Shown piece after piece: positions 37,422 to 46,538 of a DNA stretch of 64,000 nucleotides. Origin of the DNA: Polyangiales bacterium (GTDB lineage: Bacteria; Myxococcota_A; Polyangia; Polyangiales; Ga0077539). The first letter of the stretch is position 1; each line of letters starts with the position of its first letter. Both the position numbers and the translations under genes were made by a program. The notes under the pieces are model-generated. The model searched no databases. It worked only from the letters and a program-made list of their open reading frames with translations, and was not told where the DNA came from. The stretch is from assembly GCA_044229975.1 (NCBI GenBank), contig JBGARZ010000010.1, positions 256,001 to 320,000 of the forward strand, given 5' to 3'.

Positions 37422-38782
37422 CGGGTGGGCTCCGCGGTGGGGGTGCGGCCGGCGTCGCCGCCGAGGGTGGCGAGCGCGCGGCGGGCTTCGGCGACGTTGC
37501 GGCGGTCGAAGTGGGCGTTGAGCTGGAGGGCGTCGGAGAGCAGCGAGCGGGCCTCGGCGCGGTCGCCTCGGGCGAGGGCGATCATGCCGCCGTGGAAGAG
37601 AAACTTCGCCTCGGGGGTGTTGAGTCTTCGCGCGCGGGCGGACATGGCCTGGGCTTCATCGAGGTTGCCGTTGCGGAGCAGGGCCCAGGCGAGGGCGTCG
37701 AGGGTGTAGATGTCGTCGGGGCGGTTGGTGAGTTCGCGGCGGGCGAGCTCGACCGCGGCGGCGTGTTCGGTGTCGTGGTTGGCGTAGTAGAGGCTGAGGG
37801 TGCGGGGGTCGGAGCGACGTCCGGCGCGTTCGAGCTGGGCGGTGGTCTCGCGGGCTTCGGCGGGGCGGTTGGCGGCGTCGAGGGCGTCGGCGAGGGCGGC
37901 GAGGTGTTCGGTGATGGAGCTCGCGCGCACGGCGGCTTGATAGCGGGTGATGGCCTCGGGGAGGTTGTCGCGCGCTTCGAGCACGCGGCCCATGCCGAGG
38001 AGGGCGGGGGCGTGATCGGGAAAGGTCTGGAGGGCGCTGGTGTAGAGCTGGGCGGCCTGCTCAAGGTCGTCCACGGCGAGATACAGGTTGCCGAGTTGAA
38101 CGGTGGTCCAGGCGATCTCTTCGGGGTTGCGGGGTGAGCCGGCGGCGATGGCGCGTCTCCCGACATCGATGGCGCCTTCGATGTCGCCGAGGAGCCATCG
38201 CATCCACGAGGCGCGGGTGTACGACGCGAGGTTGGGGCGCATGTTGGCCATGCGCTGGTAGGCCTGTTCGGCGGCTTCGTAGTGGCCGAGCTCCATCTCG
38301 GCGTCGCCGAGGATGCCGTAGGTGGCGGAGTTGTTGGGGTGGTGGGCGATGATGCGCTGGGCGGCGGCGAGGGCGTCGCGGAAGCGGTGGTCCTGCATGA
38401 GCAGGTGGGCCTGGAGCTGGAGGGCGATGGCGTCATCGCGGTCGATGCGGAGGGCGCGGGTGACGGCGTCGTTGGCCTGCTCGTACCAGGCGGGGTCGGC
38501 GCGCTCGCGGGCCTTGCGGATGAAGGCTTGCGCGAGGTCGAGGAGGGGGCGGGTGCGCCGCGGGTTGGCGCGTGCGGCGCGCTGGGCGGTGCGGATGAGG
38601 TTGTCGACGGGGGCGTCACCGGGGACGGGGGCCATGGCGCCGGTGGTGTCGAGGGCAGCGGGCGCGGCGTCGGGCGCGGTGGTCGACGAGCGGGCGGAGC
38701 GAGTGAGCGGGGCGGGGTCGCGGCAGGCCGAGAGGGTGAGCGCGAGCGAGAGGGCGAGGCGGTGGGCGGGGGAGAGGGTCAT
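37418..38782 (-). CDS. TPR-repeat lipoprotein
   Basis: Lipobox LSAC; multiple TPR units (YGILGDAEMELGHYEAAEQAY, LGNLYLAVDDLEQAAQLY, DALAWALLRNG); stop overlaps the next start. Confidence 0.88.
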   Translation of the reverse strand: MTLSPAHRLALSLALTLSACRDPAPLTRSARSSTTAPDAAPAALDTTGAMAPVPGDAPVDNLIRTAQRAARANPRRTRPLLDLAQAFIRKARERADPAWYEQANDAVTRALRIDRDDAIALQLQAHLLMQDHRFRDALAAAQRIIAHHPNNSATYGILGDAEMELGHYEAAEQAYQRMANMRPNLASYTRASWMRWLLGDIEGAIDVGRRAIAAGSPRNPEEIAWTTVQLGNLYLAVDDLEQAAQLYTSALQTFPDHAPALLGMGRVLEARDNLPEAITRYQAAVRASSITEHLAALADALDAANRPAEARETTAQLERAGRRSDPRTLSLYYANHDTEHAAAVELARRELTNRPDDIYTLDALAWALLRNGNLDEAQAMSARARRLNTPEAKFLFHGGMIALARGDRAEARSLLSDALQLNAHFDRRNVAEARRALATLGGDAGRTPTAEPTR

Positions 38783-38794
38783 CGGGTGGCGGGC

Positions 38795-40945
38795 TCAGGC
38801 GGAGTGATGGGGGATGGGGGAATGGGGTGACGGAAGGGAGCGGCGGGCGAGGGAGGAGCCGAAGCCATCGGTGGAGGGGGCCGTGTAGATGCGAAGGGGA
38901 GTGGTTGAGAGGCCGGTCTCGCTGCCGAGGAAGACGAAGACGCGGCTGAAGCCATCCCAGACGATGGCGTCGTCGTAGCCATCTCGATTGAAGTCGCCGG
39001 TGCGGATGCCCTGTCCGAAACCGGAGTCACTGGGACGAGAGATGATAAGCGGCGGCGTTGAGTCGCTGAAGGTAGCGCTTCCGAGATAGACGAGGATTCG
39101 GTTGTCACCTGGTTCGCCAATGAGGAGATCGGTAAAGCCGTCGCCATTGACGTCGCCAAAGGCGTCGGCGGAGGCGCCAAAGCGAGGGAGTGCCTGAAGG
39201 CTGGTAGAGCGCAGCACGACGGGCGTTACAGCGAGCCCGGTAGAACTACCCCACAAGACGAGAACTTGACCGACATCATTGGCCGCGATGACGTCGGCAA
39301 AACCGTCGCCGTTGACGTCTCCCGCAGACAAGACCCTCGTACTACGTCCCATCGGAGAAAATCGTGGACCCGCAGAGAGAAAGGGGAACAACGCAATGCC
39401 CTGCAATACCTGTATTCCACCTGAGGGCGGCGAGTTCACAATGTCAGAAAGTCCATCGCCGTTAATATCAATTGATCCGAGTATGTAGTTGAAGCTGCCC
39501 GTGCCGATGGTCGGAAGTACGATCGAGGGCGAAGCGGAAGGGCCGGAGGGACCACCAAGGTGCAACGCGAGACGCTCGTAGGCCAAGTTCACGGCGACAT
39601 CCGCATATCCATCCAGATTGATGTCGCCAATCGAGTAAACCGATGCAGAAGAACCAGTCGTCAGCCTTGTTGATGAGGGCGACGTTGCCAGACCCGCTGG
39701 GCTACCAAAATGAACTGCTGGGGCCGATTCAAAGCAGTTGCTGCCAAGGTCGCCATACCCGTCTCCATTGATGTCACCTAGAGCAGTGATGGGGAAACCA
39801 CAGCCATAGACGTCTGGAATCGGCCAGCGAAGCGTTGTGTTCTCCGTCGCAGGTAGCCCCGCGGGCAAGCCCAGGTAGACTCTCGCGTACGAGCGCGTGT
39901 TCGAAGTTCCAGCCGCGATATCACCGTACCCATCACCGTTGTAATCAGGCGCCAGGCCCATTGCCGTCATCCGTCCAGTTGAGCGAGAGCGAGTCCGAAA
40001 CCAGAAGGTCGAACTCACCGAGTCTCCGACGCCTGCTGACGTCCGGCCAAACAAGCGCCAGAAGTAGACCCCGCGGCTGAGATCGGATGGGAGAGTCGCC
40101 TCAGATCCAACGACGTCCATCGAAGTAACGACCGAAGCGCACGAACGGTCACGACAGACCTCAAGGCGTGCGCCAAGCACTCCCTCGGGCAGTTGCCATC
40201 GCAGCGTAGGACGACGTGACCCCAGAACCGAGAAGGCCGGAGGCCAGATAGGTTGTGGTGCTTCGATTGGCACACAACGACTCGCCGAGACACGCTGCCC
40301 GATTGGACACGCGGGCGCGCAGGTTCCGTTCACGCAGGAAGACGATCCACCCGTCGGGCTGGTGCACGGACTACGGCATCGGCCACAGTGAGCCGACGAC
40401 ACATTGAGGTCAACCTCGCACCCGTTGGACGCGACATCGTCGCAATCGCCGCGCCCGGCTTCACAGACGGAGACGTCTGGCGAGGACAATGGGATATCGC
40501 CGCCGACATCGAGCGGAGCGTCCGCCCCGGAACTACCTAGATCGGTTGAGGCCGTGGTGTCCGAAAGGGTTCCAGAGTCGTTGGTTGAAGCGCTGGTGTC
40601 TGACATGTCCGTGGGAGCATCCCCGATGCTCGCATCGACAATATCCGAGTCGAGCGCATCAATCTCCGGCTCTCGGTCAGCAACAACGTCGGAAGATGAG
40701 ACGTCTGTGATGACATCGACAGTGCCAATATCGACGGGCGGTTGATCCCCGACGCCATCCTTGGCGATTTGGAGCAGGTCGGTGGTATTGGTCGAGTCGG
40801 CGATGTATGTGTCCGATGGGAGCATTGCGTCGCGCCCGGAATCCGCGATGGTGATCTCCGGAACGCATGCGATGAACGATACGCCGCCGAGCGCGAGCAG
40901 CACTGGGATCGACGACTGGGGACCCGTGCGGGACGAGCGCAACAT
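38795..40945 (-). CDS. FG-GAP (integrin-alpha-like) repeat lipoprotein with Cys-rich region; lower GC than flanks
   Basis: FIAC lipobox-like site; CDDVASNGCEVDL..HCGRC; seven D[YIVF]NxDG[YFL]xD repeats; start uncertain (40945, 40954 or 41044). Confidence 0.8.
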   Translation of the reverse strand: MLRSSRTGPQSSIPVLLALGGVSFIACVPEITIADSGRDAMLPSDTYIADSTNTTDLLQIAKDGVGDQPPVDIGTVDVITDVSSSDVVADREPEIDALDSDIVDASIGDAPTDMSDTSASTNDSGTLSDTTASTDLGSSGADAPLDVGGDIPLSSPDVSVCEAGRGDCDDVASNGCEVDLNVSSAHCGRCRSPCTSPTGGSSSCVNGTCAPACPIGQRVSASRCVPIEAPQPIWPPAFSVLGSRRPTLRWQLPEGVLGARLEVCRDRSCASVVTSMDVVGSEATLPSDLSRGVYFWRLFGRTSAGVGDSVSSTFWFRTRSRSTGRMTAMGLAPDYNGDGYGDIAAGTSNTRSYARVYLGLPAGLPATENTTLRWPIPDVYGCGFPITALGDINGDGYGDLGSNCFESAPAVHFGSPAGLATSPSSTRLTTGSSASVYSIGDINLDGYADVAVNLAYERLALHLGGPSGPSASPSIVLPTIGTGSFNYILGSIDINGDGLSDIVNSPPSGGIQVLQGIALFPFLSAGPRFSPMGRSTRVLSAGDVNGDGFADVIAANDVGQVLVLWGSSTGLAVTPVVLRSTSLQALPRFGASADAFGDVNGDGFTDLLIGEPGDNRILVYLGSATFSDSTPPLIISRPSDSGFGQGIRTGDFNRDGYDDAIVWDGFSRVFVFLGSETGLSTTPLRIYTAPSTDGFGSSLARRSLPSPHSPIPHHSA

Positions 40946-41187
40946 GCCTCGCATGATAGACAACCCCCCATCCCATCGGCAATCGAGATCGGAGCGTTCG
41001 AAAGTCTGTTGGGATGCCATACGCACCACTTTGCGCGGCCCCAAGAGTGCCCAGGCGCGGAGCGCTGCGTATCGCCAGTTGTCTTATGACGGCCTCGTCG
41101 TTCACCAGGCAGGTGACCGGAGGGGTTGAGCGGGAAGTTGTCGAGAAGAGGAGGGAGATCGGCGAAGTGAGAAGCGCTGCGCTGACG

Positions 41188-42828
41188 TCAGTCGGAAGCG
41201 TGCGCTGGCTCGACGCGCTGCGAGCGCGGCCCCTCGTTGCCCGGACGGGGGATCGGCACGTACGGGAACGTGTTGGTGAAGGCCACGTCGTTGCCGTCAA
41301 CGCCGTCGCCGAAGCGGATGGCGTTGATGGCGGGCAGACCGTTGAGGACGTAGCGGAGCTCGATGTCCACCACGTCGTCATGCAGACGGCGGCCGTTGGG
41401 GAATCCGTTGCCATCACCACCAGCCGCGCCGAGACGAGACGCGCCGGGGTTGCCCACCGTGGTCGGCAGAGCCGTTGGCGGAGTCCGCACGTTGAGGCGC
41501 AGCAGGTCGGCTGGGGCCAGACCTGCGCCCGCCGCGGGCATCGCAGGCGAGCCCGGGATGAGGCCACGCGCCGTCACGAGTTGCAGCATGTCGTTGGCCG
41601 GATCGGAGGCGCTGCGGGTCGGCGCCACGTAGCCCACCTGGGCGCGGAGGCCCTGGCCGGCGCCGTTGCCGTACAGCGCCGCGGCGTAGGTCGGCAGCGA
41701 GGGCACCAGCAGGTACGAGCCGAAGTTCGCGACGTCCTCGGTCGCGGGCGCGCGGTTCCAGAAGTCCTTCTCGGCCAGCGGGATGAGCACCTCGTTGACC
41801 AGGGGAATACCCAGGCGCGACACCTGAACCCACTGGCCCTGGTTGTCGTCGAGGCAGCGCTGGGTGAAGCGCTGCGGGAGCGGGCGCATCCGGCCGCGGA
41901 GCGTGCTGTTGCAGTCGCGGCGGATGGTCACCCGCGGGCGGCTCGCACTCGCGTAGATGCCGATGATGTTGCGGCGATCTTCGAGGGTCGCGGGCGCGTC
42001 TGCCACGGTGAGCTGTCCGATCGGCACCTGGATGGCGATCATGTGGAAGTTGTACCCGGCGAGGAAGTCCACGCCGCCGCCGACGTTGCCGAAGCCTGAC
42101 CGGAACTGCGCGTCGTCGAAGATGGCGCCGAGGTCGGCGAAGAAGGGGTCGTCGCGCGGGCCGGCGAAGACCCGACCCGAGCCCATCGCGCCGCCCATCA
42201 GGTTGGTGACCGCCTGGTTGGCGATGCGCGTGTAGTTGCTGTCGTCCGTCGCCGTGCCGACCGTGCCGCCCATGCCGACGCGCGTCTGCGGGTTGCCAAA
42301 CGCGAACCGTCCCGCGTAGGTCGGCGCCGTCGGGATGTCGCTCCCGATCACCGTGGGCACGCCGCCCACCACGCGGGTCACCGAGTACGACTGCACCCGC
42401 AGCGCCGCGCCCGGCGCCGCCGGGGTCGGCAGCGTCGTGATCGGGCCCACGTTGTAGAAGAACGTCCCCGCCGCGCCGGAGGCCAGCGCGTTGTTGGTCG
42501 TCGTCTGAAACCTGAACTGGTACACGACGTCGTTGGCGTTGCCGTCGCCGTTGTTGTCGATCTTGATCTCGTACAACACGTCGTCGGAGAAGTTCATCCA
42601 GTTGGGGCCGCCGCCGGGCTCTTCGAGGCCGATGTAGCCCGCGATGATCGTCACGGTGCCGTTGTTCTCGGGCGACGTAAACGCCCAGAGGTCGGTGTTG
42701 TCCGCGGCCGGGTCTTCGGAAATGAGCGGCGCCTCGCGGTGGCTGGAGGCGTTGGCGGCCTGCGGCTGGAAACCCACCGCGGTCATGGTCAGCAGCAGCG
42801 CGGCGCCGAGCTTCGTCTTCGTCATCAT
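41188..42828 (-). CDS. DUF4331 family secreted protein
   Basis: Signal peptide then ASSHREAPLISEDPAADNTD; VFAGPRDDPFFADL; QVSRLGIPLVNEVLI; GFPNGRRLHDDVVDI; FPYV. Confidence 0.92.
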   Translation of the reverse strand: MMTKTKLGAALLLTMTAVGFQPQAANASSHREAPLISEDPAADNTDLWAFTSPENNGTVTIIAGYIGLEEPGGGPNWMNFSDDVLYEIKIDNNGDGNANDVVYQFRFQTTTNNALASGAAGTFFYNVGPITTLPTPAAPGAALRVQSYSVTRVVGGVPTVIGSDIPTAPTYAGRFAFGNPQTRVGMGGTVGTATDDSNYTRIANQAVTNLMGGAMGSGRVFAGPRDDPFFADLGAIFDDAQFRSGFGNVGGGVDFLAGYNFHMIAIQVPIGQLTVADAPATLEDRRNIIGIYASASRPRVTIRRDCNSTLRGRMRPLPQRFTQRCLDDNQGQWVQVSRLGIPLVNEVLIPLAEKDFWNRAPATEDVANFGSYLLVPSLPTYAAALYGNGAGQGLRAQVGYVAPTRSASDPANDMLQLVTARGLIPGSPAMPAAGAGLAPADLLRLNVRTPPTALPTTVGNPGASRLGAAGGDGNGFPNGRRLHDDVVDIELRYVLNGLPAINAIRFGDGVDGNDVAFTNTFPYVPIPRPGNEGPRSQRVEPAHASD

Positions 42829-42881
42829 CGTCGTGTTCCCTTTCGGAATCTCTCTTCAGTGTCTCTTGTAAAACCGTGTGC

Positions 42882-44060
42882 TCAGCGCGCCGTAAACACC
42901 GCGCCCCAGGAGGTCGCCGCCGTGTCCGTCGCCGTGTCGTCCGCGATGCCGTAGATGTCCGCGCCGCGCGCGCGCCCGAGGCCCACCGGCGACGTGAGCA
43001 GCGCGCTCGACGCCATCGGGGACATCGCCCCGGTGCCGTCCACCGCCACCCAGGTCAACCGACCAGGGCCCGTCTCCACGTCCCAGCCCGCGACCAGCAA
43101 CCGTCGCTCGTCGAGCGACAGCGTGATGCCCGCCGGCAGACCCATGTGCAGACGACCCACGATGCGCGCCGGAGCGCCACCCATCGGGATGCGGAACACC
43201 GCGCCCAGCCCGCCGTCCGCCCGCGTGTCCGTCACGTACGCCGTGCCGTCCGCGGCCACCGTCACCGCCGACGGGTCGCGCAGCGGGCTCGACCCGCCGC
43301 CCATCGCCAGCACCGTCACACCACCGCCCATCGCCGACATGCGCGCCACCACCGGGTTGCCGTCGTCCTGCACCGCGATGAACGTGAGCTGCGCCGGAGT
43401 GCCGTGCACCGCCACCGCGCGCGGACGCCGCAGCGCGCCGATGTCCAGCGCCGTCGCCGAGCCGCCCTCGACCGACACCGAGATGATCGCGCCCTCTTCC
43501 GTTCCGACCATCGCGACGTTGCGGTTGGCCGCCTGGTCGGCGATGTACAGCCGCGAGTCGTCGGCCGCGATGGCCATGCCCGTCGGAAACACCAGCGGCA
43601 CACCCGTCACCGGCACCACCGACGGCGCCGCCCCGCCGCCCGCGCTGCGGAACAGCGTCGCGACACCCTCCGGCGTGCGCGCCGTGAAGTACGACGTCGT
43701 CCCCGAGGCCGTGAGCACCACCGTCAACGGCGTCGAGAACGACGCGTTGCGCGTGAGCAGTACGGGCGCGCCGGGCAGCGTCGACGGCGGCACGTCCGCC
43801 GGAACATCCGCGGGCAGGTCCGCGGTCGGCTGCACGTCCATGCCGGGCTGCACATCCATGCCCGGCTGCACGTCCATGCCGGGCTGCACGTCCGTGGGGT
43901 TGGTGCCCGCGTCGACCACGTCGGTGCCCGGCTGGACATCCGTCGTCATCCCGACGTCGCCACCCGCGTCCGTCGGCACCGGGTCGCTGGAACATCCCGC
44001 GACCGCCCCCGCCAGGATCAACGCCGTCACGGCGCTGAACCGTTGGGTTCCTGTTGTCAT
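42882..44060 (-). CDS. NHL/SMP-30-like beta-propeller lipoprotein with DVQPGM tandem repeats
   Basis: Lipobox VAGC; FPTGMAIAADDSRLYIAD, DPSAVTVAADGTAYVTD, PAGITLS. Confidence 0.75.
   Translation of the reverse strand: MTTGTQRFSAVTALILAGAVAGCSSDPVPTDAGGDVGMTTDVQPGTDVVDAGTNPTDVQPGMDVQPGMDVQPGMDVQPTADLPADVPADVPPSTLPGAPVLLTRNASFSTPLTVVLTASGTTSYFTARTPEGVATLFRSAGGGAAPSVVPVTGVPLVFPTGMAIAADDSRLYIADQAANRNVAMVGTEEGAIISVSVEGGSATALDIGALRRPRAVAVHGTPAQLTFIAVQDDGNPVVARMSAMGGGVTVLAMGGGSSPLRDPSAVTVAADGTAYVTDTRADGGLGAVFRIPMGGAPARIVGRLHMGLPAGITLSLDERRLLVAGWDVETGPGRLTWVAVDGTGAMSPMASSALLTSPVGLGRARGADIYGIADDTATDTAATSWGAVFTAR
43829..43892. repeat. 18-bp tandem repeat encoding DVQPGM
   Basis: GGCTGCAC[GA]TCCATGCC[GC] units repeated 3-4 times. 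Confidence 0.85.
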
Positions 44061-44133
44061 CACTCGTCCTCCGGTCTTCATGCTGTCGGTCCGTTGGGCC
44101 CCGTCACCTGCGCGGCGGCGGCGCCGTGAAAGT

Positions 44134-45039
44134 TCAGGGCGTCACGTTGATGCGCAGCGTGGCGTTGGCCCCGATGATCTCGCTGTGGTCGTCGTTGCGG
44201 AGCGACACCACCAGCCGGTGCGCGCCCGCCGACGTCCCCGCCGGGATGCGAACCGTCGGGTTGGTGAGGTGCGTCGCGATGAGGTAGTCGCCGCCGCTCG
44301 CGCCATCGAGGTAGACGTGCAGGTGACCGTTGGGGGGATTGACGCCCGTCTGACCCGCGAAGTCACGCGCGGTGAAGTTCATCAGCGTCACCATCAACGG
44401 CAGCATGGCGTTGGCCGCCACCGAGGTGTTGTCCGCCGGAGAGGCGATGGTCACCGTCGGACCGGTGTTCATCACGGCGGTGAAGTCGATGCGGGCGTCG
44501 ACCGGGGGCGAGAGCGGGTCGTGGTTGTTCTGGCGCAGCGACACGCGGAGCGAGTGCGCGCCGAGCGAGGTCGTGCTCGGAATCACCACGCGGGGATTGG
44601 CGATGTAGTCCGCCACCAGGTAGTCGGCGTTGCCGTTGGCGCCGTCGAGGTAGACGTGCACGTGGCCCGAACCCGGCACGTTGCCGGTGGCGCCCACGAA
44701 GTTGACCAGGTTGAAGTTGGTGATGTTCAGCATGAGCTGCGACGGCGCGCCGATGGGCAGCGAGGCACCCGTCGCCGGGCTCGCGATCACCAGCGTCGGC
44801 GGCCCCGACGGGACATCCGTCACCGTCTGCACGTCGGTCGCCGTCTGGACGTCCGTCGCCGTCTGCACATCGGTGGCAGTGCCCGCGTCGGGAACAACTC
44901 CCGTGTCCACCGTCGTTGGGGTGTCCGTGGCAGCGCCCCGATCAGTCACCCCAGAGTCGGTCGCCGGAACCGGGTCCGACGCGCAACCCGCCACGACCCC
45001 AACAAACAAAGACCATCCCGCCCGCCGAAACGACGTCAT
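44134..45039 (-). CDS. lipoprotein with two His-rich Ig-like domains (DUF4399/DUF6130-like), possibly metal-binding
   Basis: Lipobox VAGC; duplicated GH[VL]HVYLDG...GAHxLxVSLRxxxH. Confidence 0.72.
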   Translation of the reverse strand: MTSFRRAGWSLFVGVVAGCASDPVPATDSGVTDRGAATDTPTTVDTGVVPDAGTATDVQTATDVQTATDVQTVTDVPSGPPTLVIASPATGASLPIGAPSQLMLNITNFNLVNFVGATGNVPGSGHVHVYLDGANGNADYLVADYIANPRVVIPSTTSLGAHSLRVSLRQNNHDPLSPPVDARIDFTAVMNTGPTVTIASPADNTSVAANAMLPLMVTLMNFTARDFAGQTGVNPPNGHLHVYLDGASGGDYLIATHLTNPTVRIPAGTSAGAHRLVVSLRNDDHSEIIGANATLRINVTP

Positions 45040-45268
45040 AGACCGTTAGACCTTCCACCACTGGAAATCGCCGAAGTGGGGGCGCTCGCAAGCGCCCTCA
45101 ACGAGTGTTGTTCGCGCGGCCCTCACCAGAACCGCACCCTGCAACGACAGCAGCAAGGTAGACGGATTTCACTCCGCACCACAATCACCGCTTCGTGGGT
45201 GTTACGAATGAGGCACCCATGGCACGAGCGGTTTGTTACGAAGTTCTATGCCGTGTCACTGCGCGATT

Positions 45269-46519
45269 TCAACCGAGAATGCCGTTGAAGACGGAGTGTC
45301 CGGAGAGGCGTTCGATGATCCAGAGGAGGGCGAAGAGACAGAGCACAAGGGAGAGCCCTTGTCGGATGACGCGGTCGTATGTCGATTGACGCGCTGCGAC
45401 CACGGCAGCGACGACGACGGCGGCGAGGACGGCGACGGTGACCCGCGGCGGGCCGAGGCTGGGGAGCAGCGCGACGGCGAGCGCGCCGAGGGCGACGGAC
45501 CACGCGAGCTGCGCGGCGAACGAGCGTCGCGCGGACATGGCGTGCAGCAGCGGGAGCAGCGCCACGACGACGGCGAGCTGACCGAGCTCGACGCCGACAT
45601 TGAACGCGAGCAGCGATGGGACGGTGGCGCGCGCGGGGAGCCCGAGCTCACGCAAGACGTCCGCGAAGCCAAGGCCGTGGACGAGCCCGAACGCGAAGGT
45701 GGTGACGGCGCGTGATCGCGGCGGCGGTGCGTTGCGCCGGAGGTTGCTCGCGGCGACGGAGAGGATCGACAGCGCGATGACGGGCTCGACGATGCGCGCG
45801 GGCGCGACGACCCAGCCGAGGGCCGCGGAGACGAGCGTGAGGGAGTGCGCGACGGTGAAGGACGTCACCACCGAGAGCACGTGGCGGAGGGCGTCGCGGG
45901 GGCGCAGCGCGGCGGCGAGGATGAGCAGCGTGACGACGAAGGCGATGTGGTCGTAGCCGGTGAAGATGTGCTCGACGCCGAGGCGCAGGTACTGGCCGAG
46001 CTGCGCGCGCAGCGGCGGAGACGCGTCGACGGACCAGTGGCGGCGGTCGGACTGGAAGACGAACTGGCGGGGCGCGCCGAGGCCGTCGAGGGTGGCGAGG
46101 CCGCGGTGCTGCGGGTCGACGTCGAAGAAGAGGGCGTAGTCGACGGAGGGCGCCTCGACGCGGTGCGCGCAGGTGTACGCGACCGTGACGGCGAGGGACC
46201 ATCCGTCGGCGCGATCGACCACCGTGGCAGAGGCGTCGCCGGGGGTGCAGCGAATACCTGCGTGGGTAAGACGGAGGCGTGCGCCGAGGTAGCGGCCGCC
46301 TTGTGCGGCGCGGGCGCGGGCGTCGTCGCGCGAGGGGAGCGCGCTGGAGGGGAGGGCGAGGGCCTCGTTGAGGTCGAGCGAGTCGATGCGCGCGGTGGCG
46401 GTGACAGTGCGCCCGTCGACGGTGAGGGTGAGCGGGGTGAGGGAGTTCTGGTGGGCGCTGGCGGCGGCGGGCGCGAGGAGCGCGGCGGCGAGGGCGAGCG
46501 ATTGCGAGACGTGTGGCAT
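45269..46519 (-). CDS. HupE/UreJ family protein with N-terminal extracytoplasmic domain
   Basis: Signal peptide ending ASA-H; YLRLGVEHIFTGYDHIAF, TSFTVAHSLTL, VEPVIALSI, FGLVHGLGFA, LAFNVGVELGQ; start uncertain. Confidence 0.88.
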   Translation of the reverse strand: MPHVSQSLALAAALLAPAAASAHQNSLTPLTLTVDGRTVTATARIDSLDLNEALALPSSALPSRDDARARAAQGGRYLGARLRLTHAGIRCTPGDASATVVDRADGWSLAVTVAYTCAHRVEAPSVDYALFFDVDPQHRGLATLDGLGAPRQFVFQSDRRHWSVDASPPLRAQLGQYLRLGVEHIFTGYDHIAFVVTLLILAAALRPRDALRHVLSVVTSFTVAHSLTLVSAALGWVVAPARIVEPVIALSILSVAASNLRRNAPPPRSRAVTTFAFGLVHGLGFADVLRELGLPARATVPSLLAFNVGVELGQLAVVVALLPLLHAMSARRSFAAQLAWSVALGALAVALLPSLGPPRVTVAVLAAVVVAAVVAARQSTYDRVIRQGLSLVLCLFALLWIIERLSGHSVFNGILG

Positions 46520-46538
46520 TCGGGGTATCGCGCCGCCC

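Noticed and set aside
45040..45268. Cobalamin riboswitch or plus-strand sigma-54 site (TGGCACG at 45220)
   Set aside because: No B12-box elements recognised; the TGGCACG lacks GC at -12 spacing and faces away from the nearby start
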